From a virus, in IMG/VR virus record IMGVR_UViG_3300047089_000244, positions 32,001 to 96,000 of that record: 64,000 nucleotides of DNA. One strand, written 5' to 3'. The notes under the pieces are model-generated. The model made no database searches and was not told where the DNA came from. It saw only the letters and a program-made list of their open reading frames with translations. Made by a program: the position numbers and the translations under genes. Every line of letters begins with the position of its first letter. The stretch's first letter is position 1. This document shows positions 1-10,230 of the stretch, in pieces.

Positions 1-270
1 CCAGACCTTGGACGCTGTTCCGCCGCTACCGAATAGCTCAAACATGTTGAGTACGATCTGACCCGGCCCTGCTGCGGCAGGTGTGATGATCTCGATGGGG
101 TAGGGCTCATCCAATGGCTGGATGGCTGACATGCCTCCACCGACCGGCTGAGGGGATGTATAGGATGCCTGCTGGCAGAACGTAATGGGTTGACCACCGA
201 ACGTGAAGATCGTGAAGCCTGAACCACCTACGCGGACTCTTGAAGTGAATGTCGGATCTGTAGACGCCAT
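1..270 (-). CDS. Tail tube protein (5' part; runs off the window)
   Basis: ATG at 270, directly after the sheath stop. Manual translation MASTDPTFTSRVRVGGSGFTIFTFGGQPI...IQPLDEPYPIEIITP resembles cluster C-type tail tube; position follows the sheath gene. Confidence 0.75.
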   Translation of the reverse strand, partial: MASTDPTFTSRVRVGGSGFTIFTFGGQPITFCQQASYTSPQPVGGGMSAIQPLDEPYPIEIITPAAAGPGQIVLNMFELFGSGGTASKVW

Positions 271-276
271 TAGCTA

Positions 277-2046
277 TTACCCGAGCGATCCGTTCTGTGA
301 ATTTTCAGTAATCGTGACGGTGTTGCTTGAAAGGTCGAGCGCGAACACGATATCGATGTAGTTGAGAGTGAAGGCTGGGCGATATGAGTAGCTCGCTGTA
401 ATAGTGGTTGGTTCGAGTGATGCGATCTGTACGACAGGGGTCTTGAAGTCCACGAGGTCGCCTGCTGACTGGAGTGCACTGAGTACACCAACGATGGCAG
501 AACGTACAATGATTGGCGAGTTACCATCAGCGATGATCTGACCGATGATCTGGTTTTCGAGCGTCTCTTTGACGGATTCAACCATCAAGAACTTGGCACG
601 AACCACCGATACCTCAGAGCGAGATGCACCATGGCCGGTGTCGAGTGAAATCGCGTGGCGACACTGGATTTGCCCACTTCGGACCTGCTCAATGACCATG
701 AGCCCTTCGCCACCGTCTTCGTTCTTCTGTGCTGGAGTCCTGAGATCGCGGACTTTAGTGAAGCCGGTAATACCCTTGCGAGTTAGTGACGAAGCAACTG
801 GACGAGAGGCTAGCGCTCCCGCCACTGCTGCGGCCATGTACTGGCCTCCAATGTTGGCTTCGCCTCCTTCGGGGAGGGAGATGCTGAAGTTACCACCGTT
901 GATCAAGATGTTCTGTGCCGCAAGCTTGCCTCCGGCGTACGCGCGAACATTACGGGCATGCGACCAGAGGGTTGTCTCTAGAGCTTCTCCGGTAGTAGAA
1001 TCCTCACCAAAGACTCCGTAGATGAACTGCTCTTCGACCTCTCGATATTGCTCGTAACCGAGTACGGCGCTGATGATCGAGTTCATCGAGCCATCTTTGA
1101 CTTCTTTCTGCGCCTGACCAACGACGGGCACAATGAGATCAATAGCTTCAACTAGGTTGAGGGCTTTGAGAGTGCCTTCCCATGTTTTCGCTTCAGAGTT
1201 TTGTTTCGCAGTTGGCTGTTCTGCGTTGATGATAAAACCGTTTGCGTTGTATTCTGGTTCTGTGCCGCTGCTCAGAGCGAAGAGCGGCTGAAGAATGAGA
1301 TTACCTGCGCCGCTTTCGAATGCCTTCTGCGCAGCAAGGCTGAGCGGCGATGTATATTCACCTTGTCCGTTCTTTTCAAGTGCATTTCCAAAGCGATTCT
1401 GGACTTCATTAAAGTTGAAGAGACGGATCGGATTGTAATAACCCGCCGGAACGTAGGTGTAGGTTACATTGACAAGCTGGTTGGCTTTGATCAGACCGCC
1501 ATTAATGCGTATGACGGCACCGATTTCTTTGTCCACTTTGTATGCGCCAACGCCTTCTTTGTATTCCTTGAAGCCCTTACCTTCATTTTCACCTTCGGCA
1601 GGATTCGTTGCGCTGTAGACTGAAACAACCGATTCAAGTTTTGATCCAGGGAGAGAAGCCAAGAACGGAAGCGGTGTCGGTTCCAGTTCGAAGACGAGTG
1701 TAGTTTCTTCGGTTTTCGTTGCTTCTAGACTGAGTTCGACTTCGGTTTCGCTAGGAACAGCGGTGACTGTGGTTTTTGCAGGAATACCTGAACCAGTTAC
1801 AGTCGAACCGACTGAGATCAATTCTTTGGCTTTTTCAAGCCCGGTGACGGTTTTCGATGCAGATTTGATTTTTGCTTTTTTGGCTTCATATGCTCCGCCA
1901 CCCAAACGTACTTGATCAGTTCGTGTTTGGTGACCTAGAGTTAGGCCAACAAGCACCACTTCAGAGGATGAAGAAATGAGCGGGACAACCTGCGGGGCGA
2001 CTGCCTCCGTGATATTGACGCCAGGTGGTACGTACGGTTGAGCCAT
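277..2046 (-). CDS. Tail sheath protein
   Basis: 589 aa, N-terminal YVPPGVNITE, C-terminal sheath-like region (LMVIEQ...RH...SEVSVVRA...YRPAFTLNYI). Confidence 0.9.
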   Translation of the reverse strand: MAQPYVPPGVNITEAVAPQVVPLISSSSEVVLVGLTLGHQTRTDQVRLGGGAYEAKKAKIKSASKTVTGLEKAKELISVGSTVTGSGIPAKTTVTAVPSETEVELSLEATKTEETTLVFELEPTPLPFLASLPGSKLESVVSVYSATNPAEGENEGKGFKEYKEGVGAYKVDKEIGAVIRINGGLIKANQLVNVTYTYVPAGYYNPIRLFNFNEVQNRFGNALEKNGQGEYTSPLSLAAQKAFESGAGNLILQPLFALSSGTEPEYNANGFIINAEQPTAKQNSEAKTWEGTLKALNLVEAIDLIVPVVGQAQKEVKDGSMNSIISAVLGYEQYREVEEQFIYGVFGEDSTTGEALETTLWSHARNVRAYAGGKLAAQNILINGGNFSISLPEGGEANIGGQYMAAAVAGALASRPVASSLTRKGITGFTKVRDLRTPAQKNEDGGEGLMVIEQVRSGQIQCRHAISLDTGHGASRSEVSVVRAKFLMVESVKETLENQIIGQIIADGNSPIIVRSAIVGVLSALQSAGDLVDFKTPVVQIASLEPTTITASYSYRPAFTLNYIDIVFALDLSSNTVTITENSQNGSLG

Positions 2047-2083
2047 TCTATAGGTTATTGCCTAGGAGGGCGGCGATAGTAAG

Positions 2084-3172
2084 CTACAGCTTGCGCGGTT
2101 CGAGTTTTGCCTGGAACGTCTGTTGCGCATCAAAGGCTCGACGCCTTTCACCAAAGATGGGTGGGAAGTTATAATAGTCTTCGTTTGGTACTTTGCCTTC
2201 GGGGAATTCGTCAGGATCAACTTCACCATGCTGGCCTTCAGGTGTAGATGAAATTCCTGTCGTACTCCATGGGTAAAGCTTGACGCGCTTAACCAGACCA
2301 AGGGTGCCCTTGTGTCCTTTCGGCGTGATGCTATAGAACTCACCAATGATCGGGACACGATACTCTGCACGATAGACCCAGGTATCCTCTGGCATCCATG
2401 GTGCGATTTCCTCGCGGTCGCCGTAACCTGAGAGTAAATCAGTATTGACAGCGATGAAATGCCAATCTGAGTAGGGGCTGAGCCCGATCGTGTCATAGAT
2501 ACGTTCCTGAAAAGACTTACCCTCTTCCCCAACGACGCCCATTTGTACGACTTCAACTAGGGCATCAGCTATCTTGTCACGGTCAGGAGAGTTGAGGCCA
2601 TAAATCTCTAGCGCCACATCGCCATGGTAGATACTGTGATGATACTCAATGAACTTTTCGTTAATACTGAGTTCGCCTCGAAGCGATAGAGTTGTTTCAC
2701 GAGTTTCAAATGCGTTCTTATTGATCAAAACACTAGACTCGCTGGTAATCCTAATGACGATAGCATTTTTCGGTATGCCATTACCTTTGACTTCAGTGAT
2801 TCCTGGAAAGAGATCCTGAGTTGTAGCGAGCCCAGTGATTTCACCAGAGCCTTCTGTAATATGGCCGGTGCCTTTGAGTTCAATTACATCGGTTTCAGGA
2901 CCCCACTCCATATGTCCGACACCTGCGTTCTTAAGTTGCTGCTCGTAGAACTTAACGACAATAGACGGAAAGTTGGCGCGCGTTGTTTGGTAGTCCGGAC
3001 CGATTTTCGTTTTATGCAAGGTCGGGTCTTCGTAAAGTTCAAAACCGTTCTGGAGCGCCTCAGTTATCGTGCGCTTCAGGAAAGTCTTATACTGAAGTGT
3101 CTGTTGTGCGAGGTACCTCGGTTTGACGGTACGTGGATTAGGGACGACTGATTGTTGATCCTTTTGAGCCAT
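2084..3172 (-). CDS. Putative tail completion/terminator protein with inserted beta-domain
   Basis: 362 aa, directly upstream of the sheath; FPSIVVKFYE and DRDKIAD segments; late-gene context. Confidence 0.55.
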   Translation of the reverse strand: MAQKDQQSVVPNPRTVKPRYLAQQTLQYKTFLKRTITEALQNGFELYEDPTLHKTKIGPDYQTTRANFPSIVVKFYEQQLKNAGVGHMEWGPETDVIELKGTGHITEGSGEITGLATTQDLFPGITEVKGNGIPKNAIVIRITSESSVLINKNAFETRETTLSLRGELSINEKFIEYHHSIYHGDVALEIYGLNSPDRDKIADALVEVVQMGVVGEEGKSFQERIYDTIGLSPYSDWHFIAVNTDLLSGYGDREEIAPWMPEDTWVYRAEYRVPIIGEFYSITPKGHKGTLGLVKRVKLYPWSTTGISSTPEGQHGEVDPDEFPEGKVPNEDYYNFPPIFGERRRAFDAQQTFQAKLEPRKL

Positions 3173-3939
3173 TAGCGATCAGTCTCAACTTTGTAAATAG
3201 GATCAGTTTCCGGCACCTTATTCGCTTCACACTGCTGACCAACGAGATGACGATTGCCTCCAGCCGTCATGTTGAGTGTATCTAGCTCGCGCCGCCCATA
3301 CCCATCGCGTTGAAGAGCCGCTGCTCCACGCATTGTGATTGGTGCAACCATCTTGAGTTGATAGCGCTCAAATGTCTGGAGGATATTCTCCGAGGAATTG
3401 ATTTCGCAAGTGATGAGAAGATCGTTATCAGCAACTTGTGGATACCATGGAAGCTGGAGACGTGCTTGCTGTGTCCTGATGAGGGCACCCTCCTCCGTGA
3501 GCTTATATCGATCTTCTGGAGCATCAGGAAGGATGACATAGGTCAAGTAGCCAGGACCAAAGCCACGATAGAGCGGAGCGGCTTCCCATTCGGGTTCTGG
3601 TTCTTCTCGGATGATGAGTTCTGCTGGTTCTGTTTCGGTAGCAGGTTTGATCCACTCACCACGGGGAGCCTTTTCGACTGAGACGTAGCCGATACCGTAG
3701 GAAAGTTGGTCGTCATGAATCGGTTGTTGATAGATCGTGTCAAGTCCCACGCTCGGTTCTGCGATACCTTTTTCCACGTCCTCGATCGTGTACATATGCT
3801 TGATCAAGACTGGCGTTCCCATGCGGCGCATCGTTTCCAGCGAGAGACGACGACGACGCAGGATATCTTGAGGTACACCGCTATCGCCAAGATAACGGAT
3901 TACATTTTTGTAGATAGGTTTGAGAAGTGCGCTCGGCAT
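3172..3939 (-). CDS. Putative head-closure/neck protein
   Basis: Start re-assigned to ATG 3939 (TAATG overlap with the upstream stop); lies in the neck-gene position. Confidence 0.5.
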   Translation of the reverse strand: MPSALLKPIYKNVIRYLGDSGVPQDILRRRRLSLETMRRMGTPVLIKHMYTIEDVEKGIAEPSVGLDTIYQQPIHDDQLSYGIGYVSVEKAPRGEWIKPATETEPAELIIREEPEPEWEAAPLYRGFGPGYLTYVILPDAPEDRYKLTEEGALIRTQQARLQLPWYPQVADNDLLITCEINSSENILQTFERYQLKMVAPITMRGAAALQRDGYGRRELDTLNMTAGGNRHLVGQQCEANKVPETDPIYKVETDR

Positions 3940-4109
3940 TAGATCACCGGGAGCCAGCCATAGCCATGACGCCAACACCACAGGCGACAGAGCCAATAGC
4001 CCAGGCGTCCACGGGGAGCTAGGTAGAGGCACGTTTCATCGCGAGTCACTTGCCAGCGCCCGTGATCGCACCAGAGTGCGGGTTTGATTGTTGGGCCGAT
4101 GTGTTCCAT
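3939..4109 (-). CDS. Small hypothetical protein (MEHIGPTIK...)
   Basis: Fills the gap between two neck genes; SD-like GAGG upstream; stop coupled to the next start. Confidence 0.45.
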   Translation of the reverse strand: MEHIGPTIKPALWCDHGRWQVTRDETCLYLAPRGRLGYWLCRLWCWRHGYGWLPVI

Positions 4110-4122
4110 CAGTCTCGACCTC

Positions 4123-5238
4123 TTAAAAGAACCCGCGCCCGACGTTTTGCGTACGCCATGTGCCGTTGAAAAAGAGTCGTCCAGCCTTCGAACCGACCAG
4201 AAGCGCAGAATGACCCAGGTTGAGTTCTTGACGCTTGTAGAGGCGTACCATAGAGATCCAATCTTCGCGCTCTGTTGCATATGCTGTCTGCCATGCCTGT
4301 GCGTAGCGCGTGCGATCCTCGTAAGCAATCTGTGCGCCCTGTGGCACTGGTTGCTCAATGTAAGAGCGGACCATATGCAAGAGGACCTTACACATAACAC
4401 CCTTGGAGAGCAAAGGCATGAGTGGATTGATTTCGCCGTTACCAAGAGGTCGCGCGAAGTACGAGATCGAATACTGCGTCGGTGGCATTTGAACATTAAT
4501 GTCGAGCAGAGCTTCGGGGATGAAGCGTTCGATTTTTTTGACATCAAAGTGAGAGAGTGTGTAATCGCGTAAGATCGGACCACCCTCTACGGAGTCGTAC
4601 ATGTCCTCAAATCGCAACCAGACTTCTTCAGCAACAAGCTGTGGTTCAGTTGGTGGTGGAATATTGAAAGGATCGACAACAGAGAAGTTAACCATAACCG
4701 ACTTGACCTCTTGCGTGACTAACGTAAATTGTGCTTGCACGAGATATTGACCGGACTGTTCCGTGTTGGTCCATTGTAGATAGCCTTGCCCATCTTCTTC
4801 GATTTCACCAGGCCACTGGCTACCTTCGAATTCGAGTTCTATTTCTTCTGATTCGACGCCCGGTGCTTTGATGAGTGATTCGTAGTCGATTAGGATTGCC
4901 GTGCTGCTTAGGATCTTCGCCACCGTAGCTCCAGCCACAATATTGTTACCTCGTACAAGGGTCTTGCCAGGAATCAAACCTATAGTTGATGCGATCCCGC
5001 TAATTTCGAATCCTTTATTTCCTGGTACGTTTGGTTCTGGCTTATGAATGACGCCTTTGGATTTTTTGAGCGTGGCGGGATTACCAGCCAAGATTCCGTT
5101 GGGCTGCTGGATCGTGAATTCGACCCCTGCAATATCTTCCTGTGGAACAACGCCTTCGCGTTCTCGCAGAGCAGCATAAAGCTCAGCCGTATCAGAACGG
5201 TTGATAGGGTTCAACTGATAACGCACGCCGAGACTCAT
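4123..5238 (-). CDS. Putative head-tail adaptor/neck protein with N-terminal Ig-like domain
   Basis: ATG 5238 follows the candidate late motif; helical C-terminal half (EVWLRFEDMYDSVEGGP...DRTRYAQAW). Confidence 0.55.
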   Translation of the reverse strand: MSLGVRYQLNPINRSDTAELYAALREREGVVPQEDIAGVEFTIQQPNGILAGNPATLKKSKGVIHKPEPNVPGNKGFEISGIASTIGLIPGKTLVRGNNIVAGATVAKILSSTAILIDYESLIKAPGVESEEIELEFEGSQWPGEIEEDGQGYLQWTNTEQSGQYLVQAQFTLVTQEVKSVMVNFSVVDPFNIPPPTEPQLVAEEVWLRFEDMYDSVEGGPILRDYTLSHFDVKKIERFIPEALLDINVQMPPTQYSISYFARPLGNGEINPLMPLLSKGVMCKVLLHMVRSYIEQPVPQGAQIAYEDRTRYAQAWQTAYATEREDWISMVRLYKRQELNLGHSALLVGSKAGRLFFNGTWRTQNVGRGFF

Positions 5239-5401
5239 ACAAATTATGTCTCCGTTCTGGTAAACTACAGAGCATGAATGCTGCTGAAGCACGTAAGGGG
5301 CGTCAAATAGAACAAAAACGCGCTTGGCGTGATCGGGCTCTTTCTGGAGGCTCTTGACTTTCGTGGCTATGATCTGCTAAGCTACGCATATCATCTGTTT
5401 C

Positions 5402-5644
5402 ATGAATGAAAGGAATCGCATGCTTGACCAGCAACAGCCATATGCCGTAGGAGATTTGGTTCTCCATGATGAAGGAGAGTCCATAAGTGACTATCTGTAT
5501 CATCCTGAGAGGATTCCCCAAGGCCACATTACTCAAGTAATCCCCCACACGACATATACGTATGTCCTTGATTGGAAAGACGAAGCGGCGGATACTTATG
5601 AGTATGCACACGAGAAGCTTCTTCCTCCACCACCAACTCGATAA
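5402..5644 (+). CDS. Hypothetical protein
   Basis: ORF downstream of a TTGACT-N17-TAAGCT promoter. Confidence 0.5.
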   Translation: MNERNRMLDQQQPYAVGDLVLHDEGESISDYLYHPERIPQGHITQVIPHTTYTYVLDWKDEAADTYEYAHEKLLPPPPTR

Positions 5645-5666
5645 TCTCCTAAAACGTAAACTGCTT

Positions 5667-5691
5667 AGAACCCGCCAAGTGCGGGTTCTTT
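5667..5691 (+). terminator. Intrinsic terminator-like hairpin
   Basis: AGAACCCGC-CAAGT-GCGGGTTCT followed by TT. Confidence 0.5.
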
Positions 5692-5706
5692 GCTATACTC
5701 ATCCAC

Positions 5707-6144
5707 ATGTACAGTCACGTCGCCGTCTTTGAGCTTGACGGAACCTTCTTGGGCTACGCCGTCAAGGAGGCTAATAACCGTACTCTCCAGTCCACGCATC
5801 TCTATGCCGAGGATGAGGGCGAGGATCTTGCCAAGCGTATTGCCGAGTTGAATGAGTCGCAGACCGTCCTTGCAGCGTGGCCGGATGCTCGTGATCCAGA
5901 TGTCCAAGCCCTCGTCAATGATCCATCCTTTCAGCCCATCGAGATGAGCGATGAGGAGGTTGTAGACACAGATAACAGCTATATCGTCTATCTCAAAGAT
6001 GCCGAGGGAGAAGACACCTTCGAGATTGATCGAGAAGCATCAGTGCTCCAGTACAAGATTGCCCAGGTCCCCGTGCGTCCCTCAGACGTGATGGCTCGCA
6101 CAAAGAAGGCTTGCGAGGTAGTTGCGCGTAGGCGCTCTAGCTGA
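5707..6144 (+). CDS. Hypothetical protein (leaderless)
   Basis: TATACT 5694-99, 7 nt before ATG; 145 aa acidic ORF. Confidence 0.7.
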   Translation: MYSHVAVFELDGTFLGYAVKEANNRTLQSTHLYAEDEGEDLAKRIAELNESQTVLAAWPDARDPDVQALVNDPSFQPIEMSDEEVVDTDNSYIVYLKDAEGEDTFEIDREASVLQYKIAQVPVRPSDVMARTKKACEVVARRRSS

Positions 6145-6157
6145 TATACTCAAAGCT

Positions 6158-6379
6158 ATGCCAATGAGGTTCGACATACTTAGGAACCCCGAACACGGGA
6201 CGTACTGGTGGAAGCTCCAAGCGCCGCCCGAGCACGGGTACATCTGCCAAAGCTCGAAGGTCGCCTACTCGACCTTCACTGAAGCCGCGCAGGATGCTCG
6301 GCGTTTTCGACGTATCATGGGTATCAAAGCTGTCGTGCCTCGTCAACTAAGCATACCTCGCAAGGCACGACTCTCATGA
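6158..6379 (+). CDS. Hypothetical protein (leaderless)
   Basis: TATACT 6145-50, 7 nt before ATG 6158; ATGA-coupled to the next gene. Confidence 0.55.
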   Translation: MPMRFDILRNPEHGTYWWKLQAPPEHGYICQSSKVAYSTFTEAAQDARRFRRIMGIKAVVPRQLSIPRKARLS

Positions 6380-7236
6380 AGCGCACACTAGTAATCGGTG
6401 ACTGCCATGGACACCTGGATCGCCTAGAAGCTTTGCTTAAGCAAGAGGATCTTCTAGATGAGTGCCCGGACAGTGGAGCCATTCGTATCAATCGTTTCGA
6501 TAATGAGGTTGTGCAGCTAGGAGATCTCGGTCATTACGGAGCCGACACGCAGGCTCGTGATCGTGCGATCTGGACTCATGCGCCCGAGTGGCTCGATCAA
6601 ATCATCTGGGGCAATCATGACCGTGCCATAATCGATGGTCGTCACTTCTTTGGAGGCTACCAAAAGCCATTCCCAGAGACAGTTGAAGCCATAAAGAAAG
6701 CGGTTAAGGATGGCCAGCTACAACTTTCGCATGAGGCGCATGGCTTCCTTCTCACGCACGCAGGGCTACATGCCTCTTACAAGTACAACAAGGCACCTCA
6801 TGGCGACGCAGCGGCCATCTCTGCATGGCTCAATGCTCTTGAGGGAGTAGACAGCCAAGATGAAGATTTCCTTGCCATCAGAGATGCAATAAGCACCTCT
6901 AGAGGCGGTCGCTCGACCAATGGAGGGATTCTATGGCGTGATGCCTCTGAGAGCCTGTACAAGCCTGTGAGGCAAGTCTTTGGGCATTCTTCCAAGGAGA
7001 AGGTGCGCACATACCAGACCGGCAAGACAGGCGATTCCTTCTGCGTAGATGTGGGCAATCAGTTCAACGGACGCCTCGCAGCCATTTGGCTGCCCGAGGA
7101 GACGGTCGTAGAAGTCAAGCTGGATAATGACCAGGCTACTCGTGATGCCGAAGATGCAATGAGGAAGCGCCAAGAAGAGATGCGTAACGACCCTTTCTGG
7201 GCTGAGGATGGACCCTGGCGTAATCTAGTGGTCTAA
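6376..7236 (+). CDS. Calcineurin-like metallophosphoesterase
   Basis: GDCHG, LGDLG, GNHD, THAG and VFGHS motifs. Confidence 0.9.
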   Translation: MKRTLVIGDCHGHLDRLEALLKQEDLLDECPDSGAIRINRFDNEVVQLGDLGHYGADTQARDRAIWTHAPEWLDQIIWGNHDRAIIDGRHFFGGYQKPFPETVEAIKKAVKDGQLQLSHEAHGFLLTHAGLHASYKYNKAPHGDAAAISAWLNALEGVDSQDEDFLAIRDAISTSRGGRSTNGGILWRDASESLYKPVRQVFGHSSKEKVRTYQTGKTGDSFCVDVGNQFNGRLAAIWLPEETVVEVKLDNDQATRDAEDAMRKRQEEMRNDPFWAEDGPWRNLVV

Positions 7237-7514
7237 TGCCCCTCTACGAATATCGCTGTCCTGAATGCAGGGCTCCCTTCAATCTTCGAATTCCAATAAC
7301 TGAGGTCGAGGCCAGTTTCCCGTGTCCAAGTTGCGGACATTCGGCAGATCGTGTATACTCCGCACCAGCCATCAGCTTCAAGGGCTCTGGCTTTTATAAC
7401 ACGGACTACAAGAATAAGAAACATCACGGAGCAAAGGACGATCACTCTACCCCGCAGGAAACCAAGGAGAAAGCTGATGCAGGTCAAAGCAGTACTCCCG
7501 ACAAATCTACTTGA
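7236..7514 (+). CDS. FmdB-family zinc-ribbon protein
   Basis: MPLYEYRCPEC...CPSCG...FKGSGFYNTDY signature. Confidence 0.9.
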   Translation: MPLYEYRCPECRAPFNLRIPITEVEASFPCPSCGHSADRVYSAPAISFKGSGFYNTDYKNKKHHGAKDDHSTPQETKEKADAGQSSTPDKST

Positions 7515-7530
7515 TGGCGAGGTCCAGCTT

Positions 7531-7800
7531 GTGCGCTGGAGGATTCCCAAGCGCGCGATATTCCCTCTCGTCTTGCTGTTGATTGCTCTAGTTGGGATCT
7601 TCTCGCCGCTCTTCAACCTCAACGACCTCCATGGTATTCCGTCAGCTAAGCTTTATGCACAGCATATCTATTTCGATGGCATCGCTGATGCTGGAGGCTT
7701 TTACGCAGCGACGTTCTGCAAACATTGGTATCACCGTATCCCCATTGCTATCGGTATCGCGCTTGTGACTACTCTGGCGCTTGTTACACTGGTCGGATAA
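7531..7800 (+). CDS. Membrane protein
   Basis: GTG start after GAGG; several hydrophobic segments. Confidence 0.55.
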   Translation: MRWRIPKRAIFPLVLLLIALVGIFSPLFNLNDLHGIPSAKLYAQHIYFDGIADAGGFYAATFCKHWYHRIPIAIGIALVTTLALVTLVG

Positions 7801-7985
7801 TGATTCTTGTAGACCTGGGTATTGGCACGCTTTCATCCTTTGTCGGTAGCTTCATTGCTATTGTGGTGGTTCTCCACTGGGACCTTGAGGGTTGGTGGCA
7901 ACAGAGACGGCTAGAGCATGGTAAGAAGCTTGATCAACGATCATTGGAGGCGGCTAGGAAGCATGGCTACAAAACGGGATACTAA
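7800..7985 (+). CDS. Small membrane protein
   Basis: TAATG coupling; N-terminal transmembrane segment. Confidence 0.5.
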   Translation: MILVDLGIGTLSSFVGSFIAIVVVLHWDLEGWWQQRRLEHGKKLDQRSLEAARKHGYKTGY

Positions 7986-8181
7986 AAAGAAATTAGAAAA
8001 GGAACGATATAAAGCAGCCGAAGATGTTTGCTGGACACTCATTCTCATGATGGCTTTTGGCGGGTTGGATCTGCCCGACATCGAGCGCGAGTGGCTTGGT
8101 GAACGCATGCAGAAGTGGTCGGATATATCCGATGAGTACGAAGCGCTAGTCGCTAAAGATCAGTCGGCTGTTGCTACGTAG
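7963..8181 (+). CDS. Hypothetical protein
   Basis: SD-like AGGA upstream of ATG 7963. Confidence 0.5.
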   Translation: MATKRDTKKKLEKERYKAAEDVCWTLILMMAFGGLDLPDIEREWLGERMQKWSDISDEYEALVAKDQSAVAT

Positions 8182-8426
8182 ACCTGTTCGATCGTAACCG
8201 TATCGATAGGCTGGTCTCTTGAGTTGCGCAGGACAGCCTTCGGACCATGCTTCGCCTCCTCGACCGCTCGCGCGGACCAGTAGCGCACATTGTCCATCAA
8301 TCCGAACACGAGTCTAGAGTCCATATGAGCATTCCATTCGCGAATTTCTCTCATCTCGTCAGTCTCAACGATAGGCTCAGGCGGCTTACACCGCTTGAGT
8401 CCTACCCATATCAGTGGAAACCGCAT
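8160..8426 (-). CDS. Hypothetical protein
   Basis: TAATG-coupled to the upstream 293-aa gene. Confidence 0.45.
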   Translation of the reverse strand: MRFPLIWVGLKRCKPPEPIVETDEMREIREWNAHMDSRLVFGLMDNVRYWSARAVEEAKHGPKAVLRNSRDQPIDTVTIEQVYVATAD

Positions 8427-9307
8427 TATGCGCTCCTAGTCGGCTCAACCGATACCGTGAGTCCCAGAACATCCTCAGGGCGACCCTGACGGCCTTTGAT
8501 ACGCGCAAGCTTGTCAGCTACGGCAGCCCTGGCATTATCAGTTAGAGGACCCTGTGAAATTATGGCTGGATTGCCGCCGGTTGGAACGAAGTTCAACACT
8601 TGCTCTGCTTGTTGTGGGAGTTGGTTTGGGCGTAAGATACCACCCAGCGGAGCTTTCGGCTTAGCATTCGGATCGATGTAACCGACCACGACACCCTGCT
8701 TGTTGTACTCTGTCTCAACGGTTAGCTTCTTGATGGGCTCACCCACTTCATTGGTGATCATCGCCAATGTAGTATTGCTCTTTCGGATGTTGTGAGTTTG
8801 CCCTGCTAGGACTCTCTTTGCAGTACCATCACCGATGACCTCAACACGGCCAAGGTTCTGACGAAGGATATGGTCGTTCTCGTCCCCTGGCTCAAGTGGG
8901 AATATATCGCCACGGACACCGCGAGGTTTTAGCTCGATGCGTCGAATGCCATCCTTTTGATTCTGGCGCTGTAGCCTGAGAGAGAATGGTGACGTATAAA
9001 GGTTACGTACCCATTTGGGTCCTGCGGCGTCCTCTTCGGCAATTACCTCGGCCTCAGCTTGACCGGCCTCAAGGACCGCTTCCTCGGCCTTGACCTGCTT
9101 TGCAATCCACTCTCCTACGGGCTTGGCCAGATCATCTGGGATAGGAAGGCCCAGATCCTTGAGGCTGACATATGTCTCTACCAACCGCGCCCAACGGGGG
9201 CTGTTGTAATCCAGCGTCTCTGGAGTATCGGTTTGCTTCGATGCTGCTGGTTTGCGAGCGCGCGTTTTGGTTGCTTTGCGCTTTGCGGGTGCTTTTGTTG
9301 TTGCCAT
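8426..9307 (-). CDS. Putative virion-associated protein with basic N-terminus
   Basis: 293 aa, strong SD AAGGAGG, late-type motif near 9369-9383. Confidence 0.55.
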   Translation of the reverse strand: MATTKAPAKRKATKTRARKPAASKQTDTPETLDYNSPRWARLVETYVSLKDLGLPIPDDLAKPVGEWIAKQVKAEEAVLEAGQAEAEVIAEEDAAGPKWVRNLYTSPFSLRLQRQNQKDGIRRIELKPRGVRGDIFPLEPGDENDHILRQNLGRVEVIGDGTAKRVLAGQTHNIRKSNTTLAMITNEVGEPIKKLTVETEYNKQGVVVGYIDPNAKPKAPLGGILRPNQLPQQAEQVLNFVPTGGNPAIISQGPLTDNARAAVADKLARIKGRQGRPEDVLGLTVSVEPTRSA

Positions 9308-9419
9308 CTTGGGCCTCCTTGGTGTCTATATGTGAACGGATCTTGTACTGCGGTACTTCACTCATTTATTATTACGATAGAGGGCACGCAAAATCAGGTA
9401 AGCGCAAGGGTAATAAGTG

Positions 9420-10190
9420 ATGGCAAATATCACTCCACAGGGGCATTATCTTGGATGGAAGCGCCCACTTCCTGGTCGAGGAGCAGTTGATCTTCTTCCA
9501 CCTGCTGATACAACAAATCTAACGATCCTTCCACAGGTCGATCCTCGTTCCAAGATGCCACCAGCTTTAAATCAGCTAGCACTAGGTTCATGCACAGCTA
9601 ACGCTACGGCACGTTGTTTTCGTTACGACACGATTATGGACGGCAAGGATTGCGGAGAGCTTTCGCGTTTATGGATTTACTATTTCGAGCGCGCTATCGA
9701 GCATACACTTGACCAAGGAGATTGCGGAGCAGAGGGACACGATGCATTCACAGTGGCAAAACATAAGATCCCTAACGAGACTCTCTGGCCATATGACATT
9801 TCGAAGTTCGAACAGAAACCACCAAATGTCCAACCACGGGCCTACAAGTTAACAAAGCCGGTACATGCTGTTCCTCAGACCGAGGAAGCCTTCAAGCGGG
9901 TTCTATCTGCTAATCAGACCATTGCATATGGATTTACCGTATATCGCTCATTCGAGGAACAATGGGCAACGACTGGCGTTATGCCAGAACCCAATCCATC
10001 AGAAGAAGTCCTTGGGGGACACGAGAATCTCCTCTGCGGCTATCTTGAGGCATATCCTGACCATTTCCTCAGTCTCAATTCATGGGGTACAGAATGGGGT
10101 ATCTTCGGCGGGTACTTCTTATTCCCTAAGGCGACGTTGCTTGATCCGAACATGGCCACTGATTTCCGTACCATTGTACGTGCATCCTGA
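9420..10190 (+). CDS. Papain-family (C1A) cysteine protease
   Basis: NQLALGSCTANA (Q/C), GGHEN (H) and LNSWG (N) catalytic motifs. Confidence 0.9.
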   Translation: MANITPQGHYLGWKRPLPGRGAVDLLPPADTTNLTILPQVDPRSKMPPALNQLALGSCTANATARCFRYDTIMDGKDCGELSRLWIYYFERAIEHTLDQGDCGAEGHDAFTVAKHKIPNETLWPYDISKFEQKPPNVQPRAYKLTKPVHAVPQTEEAFKRVLSANQTIAYGFTVYRSFEEQWATTGVMPEPNPSEEVLGGHENLLCGYLEAYPDHFLSLNSWGTEWGIFGGYFLFPKATLLDPNMATDFRTIVRAS

Positions 10191-10230
10191 GCAAGAACGT
10201 TTGAAGAAGCCTTGAGCTATACTGTCTGGC

